Shown one piece after another: positions 49,851 through 63,000 of a stretch of 64,000 bases of DNA. Positions within the stretch are counted from its first letter, which is position 1, and the number at the start of each line of letters is the position of its first letter. Source of the stretch: Anaerolineae bacterium. Lineage in GTDB: Bacteria > Chloroflexota > Anaerolineae > 4572-78. Location of the stretch: assembly GCA_965199695.1 (NCBI GenBank), contig CBDAUV010000022.1, positions 3,526-67,525 of the forward strand, read 5' to 3'. The notes under the pieces were generated by a model. It worked only from the letters and a program-made list of their open reading frames with translations, made no database searches and was not told where the DNA came from. Position numbers and translations under genes: made by a program.

Positions 49851-52800
49851 TTAGCATAGTGTGACATTTTGTGCAGCTCCAAAACTTTGCATGTGGACCC
49901 GGACCGACCCCGGGAGTGCTTTGGTGCCATTAGTTTGCAAAGTTGCGACGCGTGCCAAGCTCGGCTAATTAGCAATCGGGCTGGTTAGCATAGTGTGACA
50001 TTTTGCGCAGCTCCGAAACTTTGCATGTGGACTCGGACCGACCCCGGGAGATCTTTGGTGCCATTAGTTTGCAAAGTTGCGACGCGTGCCAAGCTCGGCT
50101 AATTAGCAATCGGGCCGGTTAGCATAGTGTGACATTTTGCGCAGCTCCGAAACTTTGCATGTGGACTCGGACCGACCCCGGGAGTGCTTTGGTGCCATTA
50201 GTTTGCAAAGTTGCGACGTGCGCCAAGCTCGGCTAAATAGCAATCGGGCTGGTTAGCATAGTGTCACAATTTGCGCAGCTCTGAAACTTTGCATATGGAC
50301 CCGGACCGACCCAGGGAGTGCTTTGGTGCCATTAGTTTGCAAAGTTGCGACACGTGCCAAGCTCGGCTAACTAGCAATCCGACTGGTTAGCATAGTGTGA
50401 CGTTTTGCGCAGCTCCGAAACTTTGCATGTGGACCCGGACCGACCCCGGGAGTGCTTTGGTGCCATTAGTTTGCAAAGTTGCGACGCACGCCAAGCTCGG
50501 CTAACAAGGCAGCCCGCCGGCCACACCCGGTCATCTGCCGGGCTAATTGGCATAGTGTGACATTTCTCGCTGCCCCGAAACTTTGCATGTGGACTCGGAC
50601 CGACCCCGGGAGTGCTTTGGTGCCATTAGTTTGCAAAGTTGCGACGCGCGCCAAGCTCGGCTAATTAGCAATCGGGCTAGTTAGCATAGTGTGACATTTT
50701 GCGTAGCTCCAAAACTTTGCATGTGGACCCGGACCGAACCCAGGAGTGCTTTGGTGCCATTAGTTTGCAAATTTGCGAAGTACGCCAAGCTCGGCTTATT
50801 AGCAATCGGGCTGGTTAGCATAGTGTGACATTTTGCGCAACTCCGAAACTTTGCATGTGGACTCGGACCGACCCCGGGAGTGCTTTGGTGCCATTAGTTT
50901 GCAAAGTTGCGTCGCGCGCCAAGCTCGGCTAATTAGCAATCGGGCTGCTTAGTATAGTGTGACATTTTGCGCAGCTCTGAAACTTTGCATGTGGACCCGG
51001 ACCGACGCAGGTAGTGCTTTGGTGCCATTAGTTTGCGAAGTTGCGAGGCGCGCCAAGCTCGGCTAACTAGCCAGCCAGCCGGCCGCACCCGGGGATCTGC
51101 CGGGCCGCTTAGCATAGTGTGACATTTTGCGCAGCTCTGAAACTTTGTATGTGGATTCGGACCGAACCCGGGAGTGCTTTGATGCCATTAGTTTGCAAAG
51201 TTGCGACGCGCGCAAAGCTCGGCTAATTAGCAATCGGGCTGCTTAGCATAGTGTGACATTTTGCGCAGCTCCGAAACTTTGCATGTGGACCTGGACCGAC
51301 CCCGGGACTGCTTTGGTGCCATAAGTTTGCAAAGTTGTGACGCGCGCCAAACTCGGCTAACTAGCAAGCCAGCCGGCCGCACCCGGGGATCTGCCGGGCT
51401 GCTTAGCATAGTGTGACATTTTGCGCAGCTCCGAAACTTTGCATGTGGACTCGGACCGACCACGGGAGTGCTTTGGTGCCATTAGTTTGCAAAGTTGCGA
51501 CGCGCGCCAAGCTCGGCTTATTAGCAATCGGGCTGGTTAGCATAGTGTGACATTTTGCGCAGCTCCGAAACTTTGCATGTGGACCTGGACCAACCCCAGG
51601 ATTGCTTTGGTGACATTAGTTTGCAAAGTTGCGACGTGCACCAAGCTCGGCTAACGAGGCAACCAGCCGGCCGCACCCGGGCATCTACCGGGCTGGTTAG
51701 AATAGTGTGATATTTTGCGCAGCTCCCAAACTTTGCATATGGACCCGGACCGACCCAGGGAGTGCTTTGGTGCCATTAGTTTGCAAAGATGTAACGCGCG
51801 CCAACCTCGGCTAATTAGCAATCGGGCTACTTAGCATAGTGTGACATTTTGCGCAGCTCCGGAACTTTGCATCTGGACTCGGACCGACCCCGGGAGTGCT
51901 TTGGTGCCATTAGTTTGGAAAGTTGCGACGCGTGCCAAGCTCGGATAACGAGGCAGCCAGCCGGCCGCACCCGGGGATCTGCCGGGCTGGTTAGCATTGT
52001 GTGACATTTTGCGCAGCTCCAAAACTTCTCATGTGGACTTAGACCGACCCCGGTAGTGCTTTGGTGACATTAGTTTGCAAACTTGCGACGCGCGCCAAGC
52101 TCGGCTAACGAGGCAGCCAGCCGGCCGCACCCGGGGACCTGCAGGGCTGGTTAGCATTGTGTGACATTTTCGCAGCTCCGAAACTTTGCATGTGAACTCG
52201 GACCGAACCCGGGAGGGGTTTGGTGCCATTAGTTTGCAAAGTTGCAACGCGTGCCAAGGTCAGCTAATTAGGAATTGGGATGGTTAGCATAGTGTGACAT
52301 TTTGGAGAGCTCCGAAACTTTGCATGTGGACCCGGACCGACCCCGGGAGTGCTTTGGTGCCATTAGTTTGCAAAGTGGCGACGCGCGCCAAGCTCGGCTA
52401 ACGAGGCAGCCAGCCGGCCGCACCGGGGGATCTGCCGGGCTGGTTAGCATAGTGTGACATTTTGCGCAGCTCCGAAACTTTGCATGTGGATTCGGACCAA
52501 CCACGGTAGTGCTTTGGTGCCATTAGTTTGCAAAGTTGCGACGCGCGCCAAGCTCGGCTAATTAGCAATCTGGCTGCTTAGCATAGTGTGACATTTTGCG
52601 CAGCTCCCAAACTTTGCATGTGGACTCGGACTGACCCCGGGAGTGCTTTGGTGCCATTAGTTTGCAAAGTTGCGACGCGCGCCAAGCTCGGCTTATTAGC
52701 AATCGGGCTGGTTAGCATAGTGTGACATTTTGCGCACCTCCGAAACTTTGCATGTGGACCCGGACCGACCCCGGGAGTGCTTTGGTGCCATTAGTTTGCA

Positions 52801-54617
52801 AAGGTGCGACGCGCGCCAAGCTCGGCTAACGAGGCAGCCAGCCGGCCGCACCCGGGGATCTGCCGGGCTAATTGGCATAGTGTGACATTTTTCGCTGCTC
52901 TGAAACTTTGCCTGTGGACTTGGACCGACCCCGGGAGTGCTTTGGTGCCATTAGTTTGCAAAGTTGCGACGCGCGCCAAGCTCGGCTAATTAGCAATCGG
53001 GCTAGTTAGCATAGTGTGACATTTTGCGTAGCTCCAAAACTTTGCATGTGGACCCGGACCGAACCCAGGAGTGCTTTAATGCCATTAGTTTGCAAATTTG
53101 CGAAGTACGCCAAGCTCTGCTAATTAGCAATCGGGCTGGTTAGCATAGTGTGACATTTTGCGCAGCTCCGAAACTTTGCATGTGGAGCTGGACCGACCCC
53201 GGGAGTGCTTTGGTGCCATTAGTTTGCAAAGTTGCGACGAACGCCAAGCTCGGCTAACAAGGCAGCCAGCCGGCCGCACCCGGACATCTGCCGGGCTAAT
53301 TGGCATAGTGTGACATTTTTCGCTGCTCCGAAACTTTGCATGTGGACTCGGACCGACCCCGGGAGTACTTTGGTGCCATTAGTTTGCAAAGTTGCGACGC
53401 GCGCCAAGCTCGGCTAACGAGGCAGCCAGCCGGCCGCACCCTGGGATCGGCCGGGCTGTTAGCATAGTGTGACATGTTTGCGCAGCTTCGAAACTTTGCA
53501 TGTGGACTCGGACCGACCCCGGGAGTACGTTGGTGCCATTAGTTTGCAAAGTTGCGACGCGCGCCAAGCTCAGCTAACGAGGCAGCGAGCCGGCCGCACC
53601 CGGGGATCTGCAGGCCTGGTTAGCACAGTGTGACATTTTGCGCAGCTCCGAAACTTTGCATATTTAACTCGCACCGACCCCAGGAGTGCTTTGGTGCCAA
53701 TAGTTTGCAAAGTTGCGAGGCGCGCCAAGCTCGGCTAACGATGCAGCAAGCCGGCCGCACCCGGGGATCTGCCGAGCTGGTTAGCATAGTGTGACAGTTT
53801 GCGCAGCTTCGAAACTTTGCATGTGGACTCGGACCGACCCCGGGAGTGCTTTGGTGCCATTAGTTTGCAAAGTTGCGACGCGCGCCAAGCTCGGCTAACT
53901 AGCAATCCGACTGGTTAGCATAGTGTGACATTTTGCGCAGCTCCGAAACTTTGCATGTGGACCCGGAACGACCCCGGGAGTGCTTTGGTGCCATTAGTTT
54001 GAAAAGTTGCGACGCGCGCGAAGCTCGGCTAATGAGGCAGCCAGCTGGCTGCACCCGGGCATCTGCCGGGCTGGTTGGCACAGTGTGACATTTTTCGCTG
54101 CTCCGAAACTTTTCATGTGGACTTGGACCGACCCCGGGAGTGCTTTGGTGCCATTAGTTTGCAAAGTTGTGACGCGCGCCAAGCTCGGCTAATTAGCAAT
54201 CGGGCTAGTTAGCATAGTGTGACATTTTGCGTAGCTCCAAAACTTTGCATGTGGACCCGGACCGAACCCAGGAGTGCTTTAATGCCATTAGTTTGCAAAT
54301 TTGCGAAGTACGCCAAGCTCTGCTAATTAGCAATCGGGCTGGTTAGCATAGTGTGACATTTTGCGCAGCTCCGAAACTTTGCATGTGGACCCGGACCGAC
54401 CCCGGGAGTGCTTTGGTGCCATTAGTTTGCAAAGTTGCGACGCGCGCCAAGCTCGGCTAACAAGGCAGCCAGCCGGCCGCACCCGGACATCTGCCGGGCT
54501 AATTGGCATAGTGTGACATTTTTCGCTGCTCCGAAACTTTGCATGTGGACTCGGACCGACCCCGGGAGTACTTTGGTGCCATTAGTTTGCAAAGTTGCGA
54601 CGCGCGCCAAGCTCGGC
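49851..54617. repeat. Block E, copy 3, truncated at the 54617/54618 junction
   Basis: See copy 2. It ends at ...ccaagctcggc|gaaactttgcatgtggattcgg. Confidence 0.9.
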
Positions 54618-55620
54618 GAAACTTTGCATGTGGATTCGGACCAACCCCGGGAGTGCTTTGATGCCATTAGTTTGCAAAGTTGCGACGTGCGCCAAGCTCG
54701 GCTAATTAGCAATCTGGCTGCTTAGCATAGTGTGACATTTCGCGCAGCTCCCAAACTTTGCATGTGGACTCGGACCGACCCCGGGAGTGCTTTGGTGCCA
54801 TTAGTTTGCAAAGTTGCGACGCGTGCCAAGCTCGGCTAATTAGCAATCGGGCTGGTTAGCATAGTGTGACATTTTGCGCAGCTCCGAAACTTTGCATGTG
54901 GACCCGGACCGACCCCGGGAGTGCTTTGGTGCCATTAGTTTGCAAAGGTGCGACGCGCGCCAAGCTCGGCTAACGAGGCAGCCAGCCGGCCGCACCCGGG
55001 GATCTGCCGGGCTAATTGGCATAGTGTGACATTTTTCGCTGCTCTGAAACTTTGCCTGTGGACTTGGACCGACCCCGGGAGTGCTTTGGTGCCATTAGTT
55101 TGCAAAGTTGCGACGCGTGCCAAGCTCGGCTAATTAGCAATCGGGCTAGTTAGCATAGTGTGACATTTTGCGTAGCTCCAAAACTTTGCATGTGGACCCT
55201 GACCGAACCCAGGAGTGCTTTAATGCCATTAGTTTGCAAATTTGCGAAGTACGCCAAGCTCTGCTAATTAGCAATCGGGCTGGTTAGCATAGTGTGATAT
55301 TTTGCGCAGCTCCGTTACTTTGCATGTGGACCCGGACCGACCCCGGGAGTAGTTTCGTGCCATTAGTTTGCAAAGTTGCGACACGCGCCAAGCTCGGCTA
55401 ATTAGCAATCGGGCTGGTTAGCATAGTGTGACATTTTGCGCAGCTCCGAAACTTTGCATGTGGACCCGGACCGACCCCGGGAGTGCTTTTTGTGCCATTA
55501 GTTTGCAAAGGTGCAAGCTCGGCTAACGAGGCAGCCAGCCGGCCGCACCCGGGGATCTGCCGGGCTAATTGGCATAGTGTGACATTTTTCCGCTGCTCTG
55601 AAACTTTGCCTGTGGACTTG

Positions 55621-58600
55621 GACCGACCCCGGGAGTGCTTTGGTGCCATTAGTTTGCAAAGATGCGACGCGCGCCAAGCTCGGCTAACGAGGCAGCCAGC
55701 CTGCCGCACCCGGGGATCTGCCGGGCTAATTGGCATAGTGTGACATTTTTCCGCTGCTCTGAAACTTTGCCTGTGGACTTGGACCGACCCCGGGAGTGCT
55801 TTGGTGCCATTAGTTTGCAAAGTTGCGACGCGCGCCAAGCTCGGCTAATTAGCAATCGGGCTAGTTAGCATAGTGTGACATTTTGCGTAGCTCCAAAACT
55901 TTGCATGTGGACCCGGACCGAACCCAGGAGTGCTTTAATGCCATTAGTTTGCAAATTTGCGAAGTACGCCAAGCTCTGCTAATTAGCAATCGGGCTGGTT
56001 AGCATAGTGTGACATTTTGCGCAGCTCCGTTACTTTGCATGTGGACCCGGACCGACCCCGGGAGTAGTTTCGTGCCATTAGTTTGCAAAGTTGCGACACG
56101 CGCCAAGCTCGGCTAATTAGCAATCGGGCTGGTTAGCATAGTGTGACATTTTGCGCAGCTCCGAAACTTTGCATGTGGACCCGGACCGACCCCGGGAGTG
56201 CTTTAGTGCCATTAGTTTGGAAAGTTGCGACGCGCGCCAAGCTCGGCTAACGAGGCAGCCAGCCGGCCGCACCCGGGGATCTGCCGGGCTAATTGGCATA
56301 GTGTGACATTTTTCGCTGCTCTGAAACTTTGCCTGTGGACTTGGACCGACCCCGGGAGTGCTTTGGTGGCATTAGTTTGCAAAGTTGCAACGCGCGCCAA
56401 GCTCGGCTAACTAGCAATCCGACTGGTTAGCATAGTGTGACGTTTTGCGCAGCTCCGAAACTTTGCATGTGGACCCGGACCGAACCCAGGAGTGCTTTGG
56501 TGCCATTAGTTTGCAAATTTGCAAAGTACGCCAAGCTCTGCTAATTGGTTAGCATAGTGTGACATTTTGCGCAGCTCCGAAACTTTGCATGTGGACCCGG
56601 ACCGACCCCGGGAGTAGTTTGGTGCCATTAGTTTGCAAAGTTGCGACACGCGCCAAGCTCGGCTAACGAGGCAGCCAGCCGGCCGCACCCGGGGATCGGC
56701 CGCAATCCTAGCAATCGGGCTGGTTAGCATAGTGTGACATTTTGCGCAGCTCCGAAACTTTGCATGTGGACCCGGACCGACCCCGGGAGTAGCTTTGGTG
56801 CCATTAGTTTGCAAAGTTGCGACACGCGCCAAGCTCGGCTAACGAGGCAGCCAGCCGGCCGCACCCGGGGATCGGCCGGGCTGGTTAGCATAGTGTGACA
56901 TTTTGCGCAGCTCTGAAACTTTGCATGTGGACTCGGACCAACCACGGGAGTGCTTTGGTGCCATTAGTTTGCAAAGTTTTGACGCGCGCCAAGCTCGGCT
57001 AATTAGCAATCGGGCTGGTTAGCAGAGTGTGACATTTTGCGCAGCTCCGAAACTTTGCTCTCGGACCAACCCCTGGGGGTGCTTTGGTGCCATTAGTTTG
57101 AAAAGTTGCGACGCGCGCCAAGCTCGGCTAACTAGCAATCCGACTGGTTAGCATAGTGTGACATTTTGCGCAGCTCCGAAACTTTGCATGTGGACCCGGA
57201 ACGACCCCGGGAGTGCTTTGGTGCCATTAGTTTGCAAAGTTGCGACGCGCGCGAAGCTCGGCTAATGAGGCAGCCAGCTGGCTGCACCCGGGCATCTGCC
57301 GGGCTGGTTGGCACAGTGTGACATTTTTCGCTGCTCCGAAACTTTTCATGTGGACTCGGACCGACCCCGGGAGTGCTTTGGTGCCATTAGTTTGCAAAGT
57401 TGCGATGCGCGCCAAGCTTGGCTAAGTAGCAATCGGGCTAGTTAGCATAGTGTGACATTTTGTGCAGCTCCAAAACTTTGCATGTGGACCTGGACCGACC
57501 CCGGGAGTGCTTTGGTGCCATTAGTTTGCAAAGTTGCGACGCGTGCCAAGCTCGGCTAATTAGCAATCGGGCTGGTTAGCATAGTGTGACATTTTGCGCA
57601 GCTCCGAAACTTTGCATGTGGACTCGGACCGACCCCGGGAGTGCTTTGGTGCCATTAGTTTGCAAAGTTGCGACGCGTGCCAAGCTCGGCTAATTAGCAA
57701 TCGGGCCGGTTAGCATAGTGTGACATTTTGCGCAGCTCCGAAACTTTGCATGTGGACTCGGACCGACCCCGGGAGTGCTTTGGTGCCATTAGTTTGCAAA
57801 GTTGCGACGTGCGCCAAGCTCGGCTAAATAGCAATCGGGCTGGTTAGCATAGTGTCACAATTTGCGCAGCTCTGAAACTTTGCATATGGACCCGGACCGA
57901 CCCAGGGAGTGCTTTGGTGCCATTAGTTTGCAAAGTTGCGACACGTGCCAAGCTCGGCTAACTAGCAATCCGACTGGTTAGCATAGTGTGACATTTTGCG
58001 CAGCTCCGAAACTTTGCATGTGGACCCGGACCGACCCCGGGAGTGCTTTGGTGCCATTAGTTTGCAAAGTTGCGACGCACGCCAAGCTCGGCTAACAAGG
58101 CAGCCCGCCGGCCACACCCGGTCATCTGCCGGGCTAATTGGCATAGTGTGACATTTCTCGCTGCTCCGAAACTTTGCATGTGGACTCGGACCGACCCCGG
58201 GAGTGCTTTGGTGCCATTAGTTTGCAAAGTTGCGACGCGCGCCAAGCTCGGCTAATTAGCAATCAGGCTAGTTAGCATAGTGTGACATTTTGCGTAGCTC
58301 CAAAACTTTGCATGTGGACCCGGACCGAACCCAGGAGTGCTTTGGTGCCATTAGTTTGCAAATTTGCGAAGTACGCCAAGCTCGGCTTATTAGCAATCGG
58401 GCTGGTTAGCATAGTGTGACATTTTGCGCAACTCCGCAACTTTGCATGTGGACTCGGACCGACCCCGGGAGTGCTTTGGTGCCATTAGTTTGCAAAGTTG
58501 CGTCGCGCGCCAAGCTCGGCTAATTAGCAATCGGGCTGCTTAGTATAGTGTGACATTTTGCGCAGCTCTGAAACTTTGCATGTGGACCCGGACCGACGCA

Positions 58601-59418
58601 GGTAGTGCTTTGGTGCCATTAGTTTGCGAAGTTGCGAGGCGCGCCAAGCTCGGCTAACTAGCCAGCCAGCCGGCCGCACCCGTGGATCTGCCGGGCCGCT
58701 TAGCATAGTGTGACATTTTGCGCAGCTCTGAAACTTTGTATGTGGATTCGGACCGAACCCGGGAGTGCTTTGATGCCATTAGTTTGCAAAGTTGCGACGC
58801 GCGCAAAGCTCGGCTAATTAGCAATCGGGCTGCTTAGCATAGTGTGACATTTTGCGCAGCTCCGAAACTTTGCATGTGGACCTGGACCGACCCCGGGACT
58901 GCTTTGGTGCCATAAGTTTGCAAAGTTGCGACGCGCGCCAAACTCGGCTAACTAGCAAGCCAGCCGGCCGCACCCGGGGATCTGCCGGGCTGCTTAGCAC
59001 AGTGTGACATTTTGCGCAGCTCCGAAACTTTGCATGTGGACTCGGACCGACCCCGGGAGTGCTTTGGTGCCATTAGTTTGCAAAGTTGCGACGCGCGCCA
59101 AGCTCGGCTTATTAGCAATCGGGCTGGTTAGCATAGTGTGACATTTTGCGCAGCTCCGAAACTTTGCATGTGGACCTGGACCAACCCCAGGATTGCTTTG
59201 GTGACATTAGTTTGCAAAGTTGCGACGTGCGCCAAGCTCGGCTAACGAGGCAACCAGCCGGCCGCACCCGGGCATCTACCGGGCTGGTTAGAATAGTGTG
59301 ACATTTTGCGCAGCTCCCAAACTTTGCATGTGGACTCGGACCAACCCCGGGAGTGCTTTGGTGCCATTAGTTTGCAAAGATGTAACGCGCGCCAACCTCG
59401 GCTAATTAGCAATCGGGC
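55621..59418. repeat. Block D, copy 3 (with a private rearrangement cluster at 56540-57070)
   Basis: See copies 1 and 2. Confidence 0.9.
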
Positions 59419-60076
59419 TACTTAGCATAGTGTGACATTTTGCGCAGCTCCGGAACTTTGCATCTGGACTCGGACCGACCCCGGGAGTGCTTTGGTGCCA
59501 TTAGTTTGGAAAGTTGCGACGTGTGCCAAGCTCGGATAACGAGGCAGGCAGCCGGCCGCACCCGGGGATCTGCCGGGCTGGTTAGCATTGTGTGACATTT
59601 TGCGCAGCTCCAAAACTTCTCATGTGGACTTAGACCGACCCCGGTAGTGCTTTGGTGACATTAGTTTGCAAACTTGCGACGCGCGCCAAGCTCGGCTAAC
59701 GAGGCAGCCAGCCGGCCGCACCCGGGGACCTGCAGGGCTGGTTAGCATTGTGTGACATTTTCGCAGCTCCGAAACTTTGCATGTGAACTCGGACCGAACC
59801 CGGGAGGGGTTTGGTGCCATTAGTTTGCAAAGTTGCAACGCGCGCCAAGGTCAGCTAATTAGGAATTGGGATGGTTAGCATAGTGTGACATTTTGGAGAG
59901 CTCCGAAACTTTGCATGTGGACCCGGACCGACCCCGGGAGTGCTTTGGTGCCATTAGTTTGCAAAGTGGCGACGCGCGCCAAGCTCGGCTAACGAGGCAG
60001 CCAGCCGGCCGCACCGGGGGATCTGCCGGGCTGGTTAGCATAGTGTGACATTTTGCGCAGCTCCGAAACTTTGCAT

Positions 60077-63000
60077 GTGGACCCGGACCGACCCCGGGAG
60101 TGCTTTGGTTCCATTTGTTTGAAAAGTTGCGACGCCTGCCAAGCTCGGCTAATTAGCAATCGGGCTGGTTAGCATAGTGTGACATTTTGCGCAGCTCCGA
60201 AACTTTGCATGTGGACCCGGACCGACGCAGGTAGTGCTTTGGTGCCATTAGTTTGCAAAGTTGCGAGGCGCGCCAAGCTCGGCTAACTAGCCAGCCAGCG
60301 GCCGCACCCGGGGATCTGCCGGGCCGCTTAGCATAGTGCGACATTTTGTCCAGCTGCGAAACTTTGCATGTGGATTCGGACCAACCCCGGGAGTGCTTTG
60401 ATGCCATTAGTTTGCAAAGTTGCGACGTGCGCCAAGCTCGGCTAATTAGCAATCTGGCTGCTTAGCATAGTGTGACATTTCGCGCAGCTCCCAAACTTTG
60501 CATGTGGACTCGGACCGACCCCGGGAGTGCTTTGGTGCCATTAGTTTGCAAAGTTGCGACGCGCGCCAAGCTCGGCTAATTAGCAATCGGGCTAGTTAGC
60601 ATAGTGTGACATTTTGCGTAGCTCCAAAACTTTGCATGTGGACCCGGAACGAACCCAGGAGTGCTTTAATGCCATTAGTTTGCAAATTTGCGAAGTACGC
60701 CAAGCTCTGCTAATTAGCAATCGGGCTGGTTAGCATAGTGTGACATTTTGCGCAGCTTCGTTACTTTGCATGTGGACCCGGACCGACCCCGGGAGTAGTT
60801 TCGTGCCATTAGTTTGCAAAGTTGCGACACGCGCCAAGCTCGGCTAATTAGCAATCGGGCTGGTTAGCATAGTGTGACATTTTGCGCAGCTCCGAAACTT
60901 TGCATTTGGACCCGGACCGACCCCGGGAGTGCTTTAGTGCCATTAGTTTGCAAATTTGCGAAGTACGCCAAGCTCTGCTAATTAGCAATCGGGCTGGTTA
61001 GCATAGTGTGACATTTTGCTCAGCTCCGAAACTTTGCATGTGGACCCGGACCGACCCCGGGAGTGCTTTGGTGCCATTAGTTTGCAAAGGTGCGACGCGC
61101 GCCAAGCTCGGCTAACGAGGCAGCCAGCCGGCAGCACCCGGGGATCTGCCGGGCTAATTGGCATAGTGTGACATTTTTCGCTGCTCTGAAACTTTGCCTG
61201 TGGACTTGGACCGACCCCGGGAGTGCTTTGGTGCCATTAGTTTGCAAAGTTGCGACGCGCGCCAAGCTCGGCTAATTAGCAATCGGGCTAGTTAGCATAG
61301 TGTGACATTTTGCGTAGCTCCAAAACTTTGCATGTGGACCCGGACCGAACCCAGGAGTGCTTTAATGCCATTAGTTTGCAAATTTGCGAAGTACGCCAAG
61401 CTCTGCTAATTAGCAATCGGGCTGGTTAGCATAGTGTGACATTTTGCGCAGCTCCGTTACTTTGCATGTGGACCCGGACCGACCCCGGGAGTAGTTTCGT
61501 GCCATTAGTTTGCAAAGTTGCGACACGCGCCAAGCTCGGCTAATTAGCAATCGGGCTGGTTAGCATAGTGTGACATTTTGCGCAGCTCCGAAACTTTGCA
61601 TGTGGACCCGGACCGGCCCCGGGAGTGCTTTAGTGCCATTAGTTTGCAAAGTTGCGACGCGCGCCAAGCTCGGCTAACGAGGCAGCCAGCCGGCCGCACC
61701 CGGGGATCCGCCGGGCTAATTGGCATAGTGTGACATTTTTCGCTGCTCTGAAACTTTGCCTGTGGACTTGGACCGACCCCGGGAGTGCTTTGGTGGCATT
61801 AGTTTGCAAAGTTGCAACGCGCGCCAAGCTCGGCTAACTAGCAATCCGACTGGTTAGCATAGTGTGACGTTTTGCGCAGCTCCGAAACTTTGCATGTGGA
61901 CCCGGACCGAACCCAGGAGTGCTTTGGTGCCATTAGTTTTCAAATTTGCGAAGTACGCCAAGCTCTGCTAATTAGCAATCGGGCTGGTTAGCATAGTGTG
62001 ACATTTTGCGCTGCTCCGAAACTTTGCATGTGGACCCGGACCGACCCCGGGAATAGTTTGGTGCCATTAGTTTGCAAAGTTTCGACACGCGCCAAGCTCG
62101 GCTAACGAGGCAGCCAGCCGGCCGCACCCGGGGATCGGCCGGGCTGGTTAGCATAGTGTGACATTTTGCGCAGCTCTGAAACTTTGCATGTGGACTCGGA
62201 CCAACCACGGGAGTGCTTTGGTGCCATTAGTTTGCAAAGTTTTGACGCGCGCCAAGCTCGGCTAATTAGCAATCGGGCTGGTTAGCAGAGTGTGACATTT
62301 TGCGCAGCTCCGAAACTTTGCATGTGGACTCGGACCAACCCCGGGAGTGCTTTGGTGCCATTAGTTTGAAAAGTTGCGACGCGCGCCAAGCTCGGCTAAC
62401 TAGCAATCCGACTGGTTAGCATAGTGTGACATTTTGCGCAGCTCCGAAACTTTGCATGTGGACCCGGAACGACCCCGGGAGTGCTTTGGTGCCATTAGTT
62501 TGCAAAGTTGCGAGGCGCGCGAAGCTCGGCTAATGAGGCAGCCAGCTGGCTGCACCCGGGCATCTGCCGGGCTGGTTGGCACAGTGTGACATTTTTCGCT
62601 GCTCCGAAACTTTGCATGTGGACTCGGACCGACCCCGGGAGTGCTTTGGTGCCATTAGTTTGCAAAGTTGCGACGCGCGCCAAGCTCGGCTAATTAGCAA
62701 TCAGGCTAGTTAGCATAGTGTGACATTTTGCGTAGCTCCAAAACTTTGCATGTGGACCCGGACCGAACCCAGGAGTGCTTTGGTGCCATTAGTTATCAAA
62801 TTTGCGAAGTACGCCAAGCTCGGCTTATTAGCAATCGGGCTGGTTAGCATAGTGTGACATTTTGCGCAACTCCGAAACTTTGCATGTGGACTCGGACCGA
62901 CCCCGGGAGTGCTTTGGTTCCATTAGTTTGAAAAGTTGCGACGCGCGCCAAGCTCGGCTAATTAGCAATCGGGCTGGTTAGCATAGTATGACATTTTGCG

